NCBI GenBank assembly: GCA_037189585.1 | Contig: JBBCJA010000025.1 | Coordinates: 22,080 to 86,079 of the forward strand | DNA from: Selenomonadaceae bacterium | GTDB lineage: Bacteria; Vulcanimicrobiota; Xenobia; Xenobiales; JADMJV01 | Length of the DNA: 64,000 nt | Reading direction: 5' to 3' | In this document: one piece after another, positions 27,669-37,962 of the stretch | Layout of the letters: the number at the start of each line of letters is the position of its first letter | Position numbering within the stretch: position 1 is the stretch's first letter | Notes under the pieces: generated by a model | Told to the model about the DNA's origin: nothing | Database searches by the model: none | Seen by the model: only the letters and a program-made list of their open reading frames with translations | Made by a program: the position numbers and the translations under genes

Positions 27669-28547
27669 ATGGAGGGTCTCTTGTCTCAATCGTCATCAGC
27701 TAAAAAGCTCGTTCACTCCCAACGCCGCCCCAGTACCGGCTCGAAGTTTCACGATCTGGATCTCAAGAACTGGAAAGACTATCCCGAGCTCATCACCGAC
27801 AGCTTGTGGACCCTGGGCGCTCGCAGCCGAGCCAGCGTCCACAAGGGCGACTACCACGGGAATTTTGTCCCTCAGATCCCTGAACAGGTTCTGCGCCGGT
27901 TCACCAAAGCCGGAGATGTCGTGCTCGACATGTTCAACGGAATGGCCACCACCTTGATCGAGTGTCGCCGTCTGGGACGTCACGGGATCGGAGTGGAACT
28001 GCAGTCCTCGATCTGCCAGGAAGCGAGCCAACGACTGGCAGACGCGGAGAATCCTCAAGACGTCGAAACCCAAATCGTATGCGCGGACTCTTCTTGCTCC
28101 TCGGTGGTGGAGAGAGTGCGCGAAGCCTTACAGCCGCTCGGTCGGACTGGAGTGGACCACCTCCTGCTCCACCCTCCCTATTGGGACATCATCACCTTCA
28201 CTGACCGCCAGGATGAGCGCGATCTCTCCTCCTTCGAAACCCTAGAGGGCTTTCTGGAAGCCTTCGAGGCGGTGGTTCGAAACGGAGCCGAGCTGCTGGA
28301 GCGCGGCAAGTTCATGACTCTAGTTATCGGCGACAAGTACGCCGGGGGGGAATGGGTTCCGCTAGCTTTCGAGTGCATGGACGCGGTGCGCGCCTGCGGA
28401 TTGACCCTGCGTGCGATCAACATCAAGGATATTCAGGGTAACGAGAAAGCCAAGGGGAAAAACAATAACCTGTGGCGCTACCGAGCCCTCCGCAACGGTC
28501 TTTACGTGTTCAAGCATGAGTACGTGATGATCTTCAAGAAGGATTAG
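27669..28547 (+). CDS. SAM-dependent amino-methyltransferase (N6/N4 DNA-MTase or m2G RNA-MTase type)
   Basis: GDVVLDMFNGMATTLIECRRLGRHGIGVE (motif I/X-like) precedes LLLHPPYWDI (motif IV, xPPY). Confidence 0.5.
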   Translation: MEGLLSQSSSAKKLVHSQRRPSTGSKFHDLDLKNWKDYPELITDSLWTLGARSRASVHKGDYHGNFVPQIPEQVLRRFTKAGDVVLDMFNGMATTLIECRRLGRHGIGVELQSSICQEASQRLADAENPQDVETQIVCADSSCSSVVERVREALQPLGRTGVDHLLLHPPYWDIITFTDRQDERDLSSFETLEGFLEAFEAVVRNGAELLERGKFMTLVIGDKYAGGEWVPLAFECMDAVRACGLTLRAINIKDIQGNEKAKGKNNNLWRYRALRNGLYVFKHEYVMIFKKD

Positions 28548-29529
28548 AAAGCAGAACGCTCACTTCAGAGCGATTGAAGAACAGCTGGCGAGCCGCTTCC
28601 ACTCGGAAGCGGCTTTTTAAAATTTCCAATGCCTGGTCCGCCTCTTCCAACCCGCCGCTCCCCTTGCCCAGCTTCAAGGTGGTGAAAACTCTGGCCCCGA
28701 CTTTGAGTCGCGGAGAGCATGAAACGAGTAAGTCGGCAACTCTCCTTGCCTCCATCTTCATGTCACAGACCAAAAGATCAAACGTCGGTCCCGGTTTAGA
28801 GAGAAAGCGGCCCGCCGTCTCCTGATGGGCATGAACTCGCGAAGCGACTCGAGGGTCCAAAGGCGCTGGGTCCACCGCGTGAACTTCATATCCCCAATCG
28901 GCCAGTACCCGACTCCATCCGCCCGGCGCCGCGCCCAGGTCTAGAGCTAGACCGGGTCGCGGTCTACCCAATCCGAATGCCTCCCATCCCTCGATCAGCT
29001 TGGTCTCCGCTCGGCTCACGGAATCTGGGTCGCGGGGGATACGGCATTGGCCGGAACTCCAGGGTGAGAGATTCTCTTCCACCTTGGAGATTCCGGCGAA
29101 GAGACGGCCGCCCTGGGCTCTTTGCTGAAGGTAGACCGAGATGACCACTCCTGGTTGTCGGGGAGAGAAGCGCACTTCGGCAAGCCCCACTCGCGCGATG
29201 AGCTCTTCCACCAACCGAGAAAATGACCATTCCATGCGAAGATTAGCCGAAATCTGCACTCCGTAAGGCTGATCTCCCACCGTCTGCTCTGAGAGCCAAT
29301 CCGCCAGGACTTCAGCGACGGTATCGAACTCCAGGTCCTTCAACGTCGTAGTCAAACGCACCGGGAACTGGTGAAGAGCGAAAAGGTAGGAATGATCCGG
29401 GGGCAGTTCACAGAGGTGGCGCCAATCGTCCAAGGACTCCAGAAGTTCGGCGCGCTCATCCCTCTTCAACTCCTGACGAAAAAGCCCGCTGGAGGCGGGC
29501 GCTACCGAAACGATGAAACTCTTCCCCAC
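28534..29529 (-). CDS. RlmM-like 23S rRNA 2'-O-ribose methyltransferase (FtsJ-type domain)
   Basis: LDLGAAPGGWS (RrmJ/FtsJ signature) and LLVCDM in the C-terminal half; N-terminal THUMP-like region. Confidence 0.65.
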   Translation of the reverse strand: MGKSFIVSVAPASSGLFRQELKRDERAELLESLDDWRHLCELPPDHSYLFALHQFPVRLTTTLKDLEFDTVAEVLADWLSEQTVGDQPYGVQISANLRMEWSFSRLVEELIARVGLAEVRFSPRQPGVVISVYLQQRAQGGRLFAGISKVEENLSPWSSGQCRIPRDPDSVSRAETKLIEGWEAFGLGRPRPGLALDLGAAPGGWSRVLADWGYEVHAVDPAPLDPRVASRVHAHQETAGRFLSKPGPTFDLLVCDMKMEARRVADLLVSCSPRLKVGARVFTTLKLGKGSGGLEEADQALEILKSRFRVEAARQLFFNRSEVSVLLSNPS

Positions 29530-29538
29530 GCTGTCGTC

Positions 29539-30384
29539 CTAGTGAGCCGCCTCTTCGGACTGTCGCTCTCCCGCGTTGACCTCGAAAGGAAGAATATTTC
29601 CTTCGGGAGGCAACGGACAGGTCGCGAAAGGCGTCATAGAGCATGGTGGATTCTGTGCCTTGTTGAAATCTAGAACCAGCTTACCGTTATCGGCCTTCTC
29701 CACATCCAAAAATCGACAACCGGAATAAGTGGTTTTTCCGGCGCTGGCGTCGGAAAACACTAGAAAATATGAGTCATCATCGGCATCTCCCACCAAACGC
29801 AGTTTGTGAGGTTTCCCTTCCCAGCTGAAGACGGCGTAACCTGGGGAGACCTCATCGGTCGACTCGTCCACCACGGAAGGGACCGGGATGGTGGCTGGGG
29901 AGGCCTCAAACTCTCCGACGACACGCCACTTAGGGTCGACGGGAAACCTCTCGATCCCCGAGAAATTCGCGCGTGTGGGTGAGTTGGGGTCCTTGACTCG
30001 GATACCGATCTTCTTACCGTGCCGGATGATAAAAAAGTGACTCGTCCCGTTATGAAAGTCCGGCGTCCCACGCGGCATGTCAGGAGTAACTCGGTACTCG
30101 CCGACAGGTTTTCCATCGAGAGTCACTCCTTCCTCAAGCTTCAACACGACATCTTGACCCTCCAGATAGGCCTCTCCGATCCCCAGGAGCACTCGGGGAG
30201 ATTCGGTCAACCAGTGAAGTCCGGTCAGACTGAGATATCCATCGGGCCTGGTCAAACGCGCGAGCCGCTCCTTGTGCCAATTCTCGATCTCTGTCTGATA
30301 GTCGGACGCGGAGCCTTCAGCCTGGACCGCGATACTCGAGGCTACCGCCAAAGCCAGTGTCCAAAAGAGGAGAATTCGTTTCAT
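29539..30384 (-). CDS. secreted DUF1684-like protein
   Basis: Signal peptide, then RLARLTRPDGYLSLTGLHWL near the N-terminus. Confidence 0.45.
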   Translation of the reverse strand: MKRILLFWTLALAVASSIAVQAEGSASDYQTEIENWHKERLARLTRPDGYLSLTGLHWLTESPRVLLGIGEAYLEGQDVVLKLEEGVTLDGKPVGEYRVTPDMPRGTPDFHNGTSHFFIIRHGKKIGIRVKDPNSPTRANFSGIERFPVDPKWRVVGEFEASPATIPVPSVVDESTDEVSPGYAVFSWEGKPHKLRLVGDADDDSYFLVFSDASAGKTTYSGCRFLDVEKADNGKLVLDFNKAQNPPCSMTPFATCPLPPEGNILPFEVNAGERQSEEAAH

Positions 30385-30693
30385 AGCGGCTTCGGTTCGT
30401 TCTATGATCCGGTCTGCCTCCCCAAAATGTTACATTTGGTTCCACCCTTCGGAACGCGATAGCGAGCTATGGCCTAGAATGGTGGAAACGAACAGAGGAG
30501 GCTCGAAATGCCTATCGCCTACATTGCCGCCTTCGTGGAGAAGGCTCCGAACTGTCTGACTCGTGAGGACCTATTAAAACCCGCGACGCTGGACTAGCCA
30601 TCCCATCGCAAGGTGGAACAGAAAAACCATTTCGACGGTGTGTTCACACATCGTTTAGAATCAAGGCGCTTTCAGGTGTGATATTCCAAGCAT

Positions 30694-31722
30694 ATGAATA
30701 TCGGCGCCTTTATGTCCAAACACTTGACCACCAAGTCCGACTACGTCCCTCGTGACTCGCTAGTCAACAAAGCTCGTGCGGAGGGTCTCTCCAAGCCTCT
30801 GGTCGGCGCCGGCATCGGCGCCGCGGTGGGAGGCACCGCGGGTTTTCTGTGGGGCGCTCACAATCTCTCCAACGACCGGGTCGAGGTGGTGACCCAAAAC
30901 GACGCGATCACGCGGCCGGTCTTAGTCGGTGCCGACTACGACGACGCCGACACTTACACCACGACGTACACCACCACGGACTCGGATGGGAACACCACCA
31001 CCCACACTCAGTGGCACTATGATCCCGCGGACTGGGATCCCGTGATTCGCCAACAGGACACCGGATATCGCGACGTCAAAAAAGTCTTTCAGCACACCTC
31101 TTCCTTCGGTCCCTTGGCCGGAGCCGCCGTGGGAGCAGGGGTTGGCGCGGTGGTGGGTGCCCTGGTCAGCTCTTTGACCAAACTGGTCACCGACGAGCCG
31201 GCGGGTTGGTCGAAAAAGCCGAAGAGACCCGAAACTCCCGAGAAAGAGCAGTTGGCGCGACGCGCCGATCAAGCACCTCTGGTCGGTACGGTGGCGGGCG
31301 CCCTGCTCGGCGCCGGGGCTGGGGCCTGGGCGGGGTCCATCGCGGCCGATAAGAACCAGACTTTCACTCAAGTCTACGACAAGCCGATCTACCGCAACGA
31401 GACGATCGGCTATATTCCTCGCGAATCTCAGACCCATCTCATTCCGGGACGTCGCTGGGGGGATTTCCGCGTCAACTACGACGACCTTCCCGAGAACTTC
31501 CTCGGCTCTCCCCGATTCTCCCAAGGAGGAGAGCCGGTCAATCGCCCTGTCTTCACCGGTCGCTATGAGCCTGTTCAGGTGACCACCAACAGCCACTGGC
31601 TGACGCCCGTCAAAGGAGCTGCCATCGGAGCCGGCCTCGGTGCCGCCACCGGATTCCTAACCGGAGTGGCCGGAGGAGTCCTCATGAAGATCGCGGCCGG
31701 AGAACAACGCGGAGGCTACTAG
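30694..31722 (+). CDS. glycine-zipper repeat protein
   Basis: Four GxxxGxxxG-rich hydrophobic segments such as GAGIGAAVGGTAGF and GAAVGAGVGAVVGALV. Confidence 0.45.
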   Translation: MNIGAFMSKHLTTKSDYVPRDSLVNKARAEGLSKPLVGAGIGAAVGGTAGFLWGAHNLSNDRVEVVTQNDAITRPVLVGADYDDADTYTTTYTTTDSDGNTTTHTQWHYDPADWDPVIRQQDTGYRDVKKVFQHTSSFGPLAGAAVGAGVGAVVGALVSSLTKLVTDEPAGWSKKPKRPETPEKEQLARRADQAPLVGTVAGALLGAGAGAWAGSIAADKNQTFTQVYDKPIYRNETIGYIPRESQTHLIPGRRWGDFRVNYDDLPENFLGSPRFSQGGEPVNRPVFTGRYEPVQVTTNSHWLTPVKGAAIGAGLGAATGFLTGVAGGVLMKIAAGEQRGGY

Positions 31723-31842
31723 AGGCCAACCAGGCTATTTCTCTCAAGGAAAACGGCGCCCTCTACGAGAGCCGCGTAAAAACCGGGGTTTCCGGTTAGG
31801 CCTCTAGCCAGGATCTCCGAGGACGAGAAGGTATGCGTCTTC

Positions 31843-33837
31843 ATGCGTACTCTCGCCTTCTCCTTACTCACCGTTGTGATTCTGCAAGTCGCGGCCTTGG
31901 CCGAGCCTTCGCCCATCGAGGAGGCAGGCCAGACCAACCTCTTCCTAGACCGTGACACCGCTCAGGTCCACGTTCTGGTGCGACCCCAAGAGCGTCTGGT
32001 CTTAGCCTTTCCTGCCGATAATTCGGGGCACGGTCTGTGGTTTGACGGCGATCTTGTAGTCCAACCGGAGAGCCTCAAGGAGCTCCCCACACCAGGACAG
32101 GGTCAGCGCATCCAACTTCAACTCCAGGTGCGCCAACCCACCGTTGTCCGAAAGGTCTTGATGGACAGTCTCCGGGTGCTGCGTGATCAAGGCGAGGGTG
32201 ACGGCGCTTTGGCGGAAAGAGTGGAAGCTGCTCGGTTGAAAGCTCACGGAGAGCCGTCACGCATGAGTCTGTCACGCCACCAGCAGGGGGTCAACTACAC
32301 ACGCCGGCAGGCGGGCCTACCGTCGGGGGCTCCGGAATTCTCGCTGACTCTTACCCCAGCGCGGCTCGAAAGTGATGGAAAGGTCACCCTTCTCCCCGGG
32401 GAGGTGACGCTGGAGGCGACTCTCCCCTTTGCTCCGATGAGTCGCTTTCTTCCTCAGGAGCTCTATCGTTCGGACTACCTTACCTCCACGAATTCCGATT
32501 CGCCTCGAGTGACAAGCTCCAAGCAAGCCCTGGAGTTTTTAACTCGACGAGAGAAGATGATGGCCGGCTCCTGGCGCTTTCTCACCTACTTCGGACGAGA
32601 CACCCTGATCTCGACGGCCATGCTGGAGCCGATCTTAAGTGATCAGGCCTTGCTCGCGTCACTCCAAAGTGTGCTCGACCGCCTCTCTCCCGAAGGAGCC
32701 GTCGCTCATGAAGAAGACATCGGCCCGTTCGCGGAGTGGCGCAACCTGGAGGCCGGGAGTTCCGGACTCGACCCGGTCTACGACTACAAGATGATCGACG
32801 ACGATTTCCTGTTGCCGCTGCTGTTAGCCAAGTTGAACGAGTCCGGCCATAGCGATCTTCTGAAGACTCTGTTGAGCCAACCCAAGACCCGAGAACTCAT
32901 CCTTCGCAACGCCGATTTCGCCCGAGATAAGCTCGCCAAGCACGATCTGGTCCGCCTGCTTCCTGGCGAAGTCACCGGCGACTGGAGGGACTCTCACGAA
33001 GGTCTGGGCGACGGGGTTTATCCGGCCAGCGTGAACTCCGATCTAGCTCCCCCCACCCTGCGAGCTTTGGAGACGATCGAGGATCGACTGCCCATGCCCA
33101 GACCCGGCGTGAAAAAACAGCTTCAACAGCTTCAAAAGGAGTGGAAGAAGCGCTCGGACAGCTTCTGGGTAGAGCTCTCCCCAGCTCAAGTCAAGTCCCG
33201 GCTGGAGGCTTTCGCCGGCTCGCTTTCGCCCGCCCAAAAAGCCGGCTTCGAGAAACTGGTTTCCGAACACTCGGACCTTCTCGAGGAGCCGCTCCGTTTT
33301 CCCGCTCTTTCCCTCGACGACAAGCAACAGCCGGTGGAGGTGGTCCACAGCGATGTCGCCTTCACCCTTTTTTACGGACATCCTGACCAGAAACAGCTGG
33401 GAGACATCCTCACCCTGCTGGAGCGCCCCTTTCCCTACGGGCTCAAGACTCCGGCGGGCTATCTGGTGGCCAACCCGATCTTCTCCAGCAATCCCAGACA
33501 CTATCAAAGTCTCGGTTTCGGGCAGTATCACGGCCTGGTGGTCTGGTCCTGGCCCCAGGCCATGCTCAGCCTCGGGCTGCTACGCCAGCACGGGCGGTTC
33601 CCTCAGCTCGACGAAAAAATCGCGCGCCTGGCCCGGGAGATTCGCGATGGCGAGGAGCGGGTCGGGCCCCTTGCCACCTCGGAGCTGTGGGCCATCGACC
33701 TCGACGAGAGCGGCCTCACCTGGCGGGCCTACGGAGTGGCCGGCGACCAGACCGAGTCCAACGCCCTCCAACTCTGGTCCACCGTCTACCCGGCGCTAGA
33801 GTACGCGCGCCAACGCTCTCCCATCTGGAGAAATTAG
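31843..33837 (+). CDS. secreted large protein, possibly an (α/α)6-barrel glycoside-hydrolase-like enzyme
   Basis: Signal peptide. GFGQYHGLVVWSWPQA and neighbouring acidic motifs resemble GH15/GH63/GDE-type catalytic barrels. This is not a firm assignment. Confidence 0.35.
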   Translation: MRTLAFSLLTVVILQVAALAEPSPIEEAGQTNLFLDRDTAQVHVLVRPQERLVLAFPADNSGHGLWFDGDLVVQPESLKELPTPGQGQRIQLQLQVRQPTVVRKVLMDSLRVLRDQGEGDGALAERVEAARLKAHGEPSRMSLSRHQQGVNYTRRQAGLPSGAPEFSLTLTPARLESDGKVTLLPGEVTLEATLPFAPMSRFLPQELYRSDYLTSTNSDSPRVTSSKQALEFLTRREKMMAGSWRFLTYFGRDTLISTAMLEPILSDQALLASLQSVLDRLSPEGAVAHEEDIGPFAEWRNLEAGSSGLDPVYDYKMIDDDFLLPLLLAKLNESGHSDLLKTLLSQPKTRELILRNADFARDKLAKHDLVRLLPGEVTGDWRDSHEGLGDGVYPASVNSDLAPPTLRALETIEDRLPMPRPGVKKQLQQLQKEWKKRSDSFWVELSPAQVKSRLEAFAGSLSPAQKAGFEKLVSEHSDLLEEPLRFPALSLDDKQQPVEVVHSDVAFTLFYGHPDQKQLGDILTLLERPFPYGLKTPAGYLVANPIFSSNPRHYQSLGFGQYHGLVVWSWPQAMLSLGLLRQHGRFPQLDEKIARLAREIRDGEERVGPLATSELWAIDLDESGLTWRAYGVAGDQTESNALQLWSTVYPALEYARQRSPIWRN

Positions 33838-34418
33838 AGCTCGCGAGTCCAAAACTCCATGCTCTTCTCGCTCTCTTCCGTCTCGCCCAGATCGGGCCAG
33901 GAGTAGGTGGTGAGGAGATCGGGGCGGCGCTGGTAGCCTCGGCGGGTCCAGAAGCCGTCCAGCGGCCGGTAGTCTTGCGGTCGAAGAGGATGGTCCTGAG
34001 GACGCAAGACGCGGCAGAAGCAGCTGAAGCGATAACCCAGATCCTTCGCCTCGGTCTCACGCCGGTCGAAAAAGCGATGGCCGGCGCCCTGCCCCCGATA
34101 GGCGGGCAGCAAAATCGACTCTCCGAAGTAGTAATACTCCTGGACAGGCAGTCCCGCGCTCTCGAAGGGGCGACGGAACTCCGCTCCCTCGTCCTGCAGC
34201 GGCAGCGCGGTGGAGGCACCCACCACAGCGCCATGGTCGCGCGCCATCACCAGAAAACTCGAGGAGCTGGCGGGAAGAATCCTGAGATACTCGCGCTCAT
34301 ACTCCATCGTTCCCTCATACAGATAAGGAAACTCTCGGAAGACCCGGATCCGTAGACCGGCCAGGTCCTCGAGTTGAGAGGCGATCTCCTCACCCCGGTA
34401 GATTTGATACTCGATCAT
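33834..34418 (-). CDS. GNAT-family N-acetyltransferase
   Basis: PAYRGQGAGHRFF acetyl-CoA-binding motif. Confidence 0.6.
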   Translation of the reverse strand: MIEYQIYRGEEIASQLEDLAGLRIRVFREFPYLYEGTMEYEREYLRILPASSSSFLVMARDHGAVVGASTALPLQDEGAEFRRPFESAGLPVQEYYYFGESILLPAYRGQGAGHRFFDRRETEAKDLGYRFSCFCRVLRPQDHPLRPQDYRPLDGFWTRRGYQRRPDLLTTYSWPDLGETEESEKSMEFWTREL

Positions 34419-36001
34419 AACTCCTCTGGGAGAACGCCGTGGCCGGCACCTTCCGGCTCAGGCTCGGTGAGATAGGGAGCCAGAAGCATGACCACGGCGA
34501 CCCCTAAATATCCCCACACCCATGGCCCGGCGAAGGCGAGTTTGACGACCACGTCGCCCGGTGTGATCTGGTAGGAATGCATCAATCCCACCGAGGAGAG
34601 AGCGGCTCCCGCCAAAGCCCACAACGCCGCCTTGCGAAACTCCCGCTCGATGATGGCGACCGTCAAAGCCGCCCACAAGATAGAGGTGAAGATGAATCCC
34701 TGCTCCAGGGCGAACCCTCCGACCATGTAGAGGTCCGAGGCTTGGAACTTCGCGATCAGATCCTCGCTAAAGGGCGGGCCGGGCGGTCCCATTCCGGCCG
34801 CTCGCAAGCCGCCCTTAGCCATCAACACTCCCCAGGCGGCGAGGCCCGGAAGCAGCCCGACGACGACCGCCGGAGCGTGCTTGGTGGGTGTGGCCTGAAA
34901 GGCCTGAGCGGCGATGATGAGGCCGATCCAGATGACGATCGCCATCCCCGCTTCCACCGGCACCGCCCAGGCCAGAAGACCCAGGGTTCCGGTGATGCAA
35001 ACCAAAGCCATGAAAAGGCCGTTGAGAATGGAGTAGCCGGCTCTTGAACCGAGGGCCTTCCATCCTGGGTGACCGATGTAGATGGTGGTGGGAAAACAGG
35101 ATCCAAAAAACGCCGCAGCGATGGTCCCGATGCCGTTGACGGCAAGAGAAGGCGCGGTGGGATAGCTGTCGCCGGCGGCCTCGGCCGACTCGATGTTCTG
35201 CAGCGAGCCGACCACGTTGAAGAGACCCATCGGTAAGATGACGGAGATATAGCTGACCAGGCTACCGGCGGCAACTCCGGCCACCAGGTCCCCAAGCCAG
35301 GGTTGAGGCAGCGCGATGCCCGCCCAGGCTGGTTGGTCCCCCACCGGAGCCAGTCCGGTGGCCCAGGCGACCGCCGTCCCGACAGCCACCGCCACCATTC
35401 CGCCCGGAACGCCCCCCTTGAACCTCACTCCTCCAAAGAAGACCAACAAGACGATGGCCAGGGTGAGAAAGCCGACTAAAGGATGGGCGAAGGTGCGAAA
35501 GAGAAAGCCGAGAGAGATAAATCCCAGAGCGATCCCGGCAAGGGTGGAGAGAAGCGCCGCTCTCGGGGTCGATCGTCGTAACGGCTCGGCCAGAAAAGCG
35601 CCCACTAGCTCGATCACTCCCGAGCCCAGACAGGCCACCAAGCCCGCCTGCCAGGCCACCAGCGCAGGGTCTGGCGCGCCCGCGGCTTGAGCCGCGAACT
35701 TGGCCGGCAGCATGACTAAAAAAATGTGGGCGAAAAGCGAAACGGTGTTGATCCCGTAAGGCAAGGCGCAGATGTCGGTCCGCCCGGTCTTCTCCATCAA
35801 CTGGCGAGCTTGCCAGGCGTAAAAGAAGTTTCCAATGATAAGTGAGATGGCCACGCCGGGTAAGATTCGGCCGCTCACCATCTCCTCGGGAAATCCCAGC
35901 ACGAACCGGCACAGCGCGTCTATCAGAAGAAGCTGTACGAAGTTATCCAGAGCTAAGGCGAAGAAGCCGTCGACATCTCCGCGAACGAACCACCCCCGCA
36001 T
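34415..36001 (-). CDS. NCS2-family nucleobase permease (AzgA/GhxP-like)
   Basis: 528 aa with ~13 TM helices. N-terminal FxLxxxGTxVRTEIxAGLTTF-like segment and Gly-rich TM motifs. Confidence 0.7.
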   Translation of the reverse strand: MRGWFVRGDVDGFFALALDNFVQLLLIDALCRFVLGFPEEMVSGRILPGVAISLIIGNFFYAWQARQLMEKTGRTDICALPYGINTVSLFAHIFLVMLPAKFAAQAAGAPDPALVAWQAGLVACLGSGVIELVGAFLAEPLRRSTPRAALLSTLAGIALGFISLGFLFRTFAHPLVGFLTLAIVLLVFFGGVRFKGGVPGGMVAVAVGTAVAWATGLAPVGDQPAWAGIALPQPWLGDLVAGVAAGSLVSYISVILPMGLFNVVGSLQNIESAEAAGDSYPTAPSLAVNGIGTIAAAFFGSCFPTTIYIGHPGWKALGSRAGYSILNGLFMALVCITGTLGLLAWAVPVEAGMAIVIWIGLIIAAQAFQATPTKHAPAVVVGLLPGLAAWGVLMAKGGLRAAGMGPPGPPFSEDLIAKFQASDLYMVGGFALEQGFIFTSILWAALTVAIIEREFRKAALWALAGAALSSVGLMHSYQITPGDVVVKLAFAGPWVWGYLGVAVVMLLAPYLTEPEPEGAGHGVLPEEL

Positions 36002-36007
36002 TTCGTT

Positions 36008-37804
36008 CTACACCAACTCAAGCCAGGAGAACCAGACCGGGTGCCGCTCCTGATACCAGCGCAGAAGCTCGGCCAGCCGGACCTTCTGCTCTTCCGAGAA
36101 GACCGCTTCCGGAATCCGATCGAAGATCAAGCGCATGCTCCGCCCTCCCGGAAACTCCAGGGCGTCGGAACAAAGCGTCTGCAGTTCGTTACGAATGCGT
36201 CCCGAGTCGGAGATCTTGACTGCCCGCTGGGTGTAGTCCTCACCGTGCAGAAAGCGCTGCAGGAGCGGCTGAAAGACCAGACGCTCCTTGCCGTCAGGTT
36301 GAATCATGCGAAAGGTCAAGTGAACTCGCTTATCCACCGTCTTGGAAGTCAAGCGCGTGGTCACCCGATAGCGATAATCCCCCAGGTCCTCAACGCCGGG
36401 CAATCCGGTGTAGGGGTCGTCACCCATATAGCTTCCCAAGGCTAGGACTCCCCAGCTCTTTTCGGGGAAGAAATCGTCAGCTCCGAGCACCGTCTTGTGC
36501 AGCGGGATTCCCGCGTCCGCCCCTTCGGCGATCTGCTCGCGATAACTCTGGGCCGTCTCCTCATCCACCTCCGATTCGGTCAAAGCGGAAAGCTTGGCCA
36601 CGAAATTCTCGGCCTGGGGATCCAGGTGCATGATCTTCTGTTCGCGCTGATAAGGTAGCTTAAAAGACGAGGTGAAGATGGAAAGCGAGGCGTCCACCTC
36701 CTTGGCGGCGGCAAGGGTCGCCGCCGCCACCGCCTCGGCCGAGGCGGCGTAACCGTCGACTAAGAAAAGATGGGTCGCTCCCCTGTCGTCTTGCCAGGTT
36801 CCGACCGCGTGGGTGGGAGAATAGGTACCGGATTCGGTGAAGAAAGCGGCTCCGGTGGGCGGGTAGGTCCATCCCTCCTCCACCAGGTGAACACCCAGTT
36901 CGCTCCAACTATCCCACAGTCCGGAGAGCCTCGTCTTACGGCTCGACCCCCCCAGGGTCCAGACGTGAATGTTGCCGGGCTCCATATCCGGATAGGCTCG
37001 GGTGATAGCCTCTAGAACCAGCTTTCTCGGTGTCCGGTAGTCCAGCAAGATGCTGGCCTCGGCGGCGGCTTCCGAAACAGCCTTGGGCAGCAACAAAGTT
37101 CCCATGTAGCCTTCGTAGGGTCGCACGATGTGGAGCGGTTGGTCGAAGATATGCAGAATCGTCATGGTGCCCGGAGCACGCCCCAGGGCGAAGCGCGAGG
37201 TGTTCTCCAAGGTGTCGATGGCCGCTCCCCAAACAGTAATACCGGCGCGCTGGATCTCCGTGTAGAACTCTTTCCACCCATAGTCGGGATCGTTGAGAAG
37301 GCGAACCACCTTGGCGTCGAGGGCTCGAGCCACTTCGGGACGCGCGTAGACTCGCCCGAAACCGAGATTGGGGTTCGAGCCCATCTCCGGGGTCTCTCCG
37401 GCTTTCGGCATCAAGCCCTCGCCCAGGCAGACCATGATGGCGTGATTTTCCGGCAGATGGCGGGTCAGATACCAGAGCCCCTCGCTCATAGCGTAGGCGG
37501 AGACGCCGTCCGCCTCCTTCTTGACTTGATTGAGCCCTGCTTTATCTAGCCCCGCGCCCTCCCCGAACCTTCCGAAGAGCTTGGTACCTAGCGCCGTGAC
37601 AGCCGCCGTCATAGCGAGCTGGCGCTCCAAGGCTCCAGGGACAAACGACATGTCGCAAGGCTTGTCGGGGGACGGCTTCCCCTTGCTCCATTCGGTCTGA
37701 ACGTCTTCGAGCCAGAGATGGAAACGGCCGAGAACAGGTCGAGTGTCGAAGGCCCATTGGGCCAGCATGTCGCGATTGGCGGGAGCTTGCGTGGTAGTAG
37801 ACAT
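36008..37804 (-). CDS. hypothetical 598-aa protein; segments weakly resemble GlpX-type FBPase
   Basis: Long ORF with coding composition. LVDGYAASAEAVAAATLAA and ...TSKTVDKRVHLTFRM loosely resemble GlpX blocks. Unresolved. Confidence 0.4.
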   Translation of the reverse strand: MSTTTQAPANRDMLAQWAFDTRPVLGRFHLWLEDVQTEWSKGKPSPDKPCDMSFVPGALERQLAMTAAVTALGTKLFGRFGEGAGLDKAGLNQVKKEADGVSAYAMSEGLWYLTRHLPENHAIMVCLGEGLMPKAGETPEMGSNPNLGFGRVYARPEVARALDAKVVRLLNDPDYGWKEFYTEIQRAGITVWGAAIDTLENTSRFALGRAPGTMTILHIFDQPLHIVRPYEGYMGTLLLPKAVSEAAAEASILLDYRTPRKLVLEAITRAYPDMEPGNIHVWTLGGSSRKTRLSGLWDSWSELGVHLVEEGWTYPPTGAAFFTESGTYSPTHAVGTWQDDRGATHLFLVDGYAASAEAVAAATLAAAKEVDASLSIFTSSFKLPYQREQKIMHLDPQAENFVAKLSALTESEVDEETAQSYREQIAEGADAGIPLHKTVLGADDFFPEKSWGVLALGSYMGDDPYTGLPGVEDLGDYRYRVTTRLTSKTVDKRVHLTFRMIQPDGKERLVFQPLLQRFLHGEDYTQRAVKISDSGRIRNELQTLCSDALEFPGGRSMRLIFDRIPEAVFSEEQKVRLAELLRWYQERHPVWFSWLELV

Positions 37805-37962
37805 GGCGGGCGTTTTGCCGTCGAGTGAGGCCCCCCCTCTTTGACACCCGATGATAAGACGTGGGCCTCATCCAAGTCGAATTTGGTGATCAAGATTACT
37901 GAACAGTCTAGGACATGTTTCCTATATTGAAACCCACATCTCGATCCAGGAGCGTGAACTGC

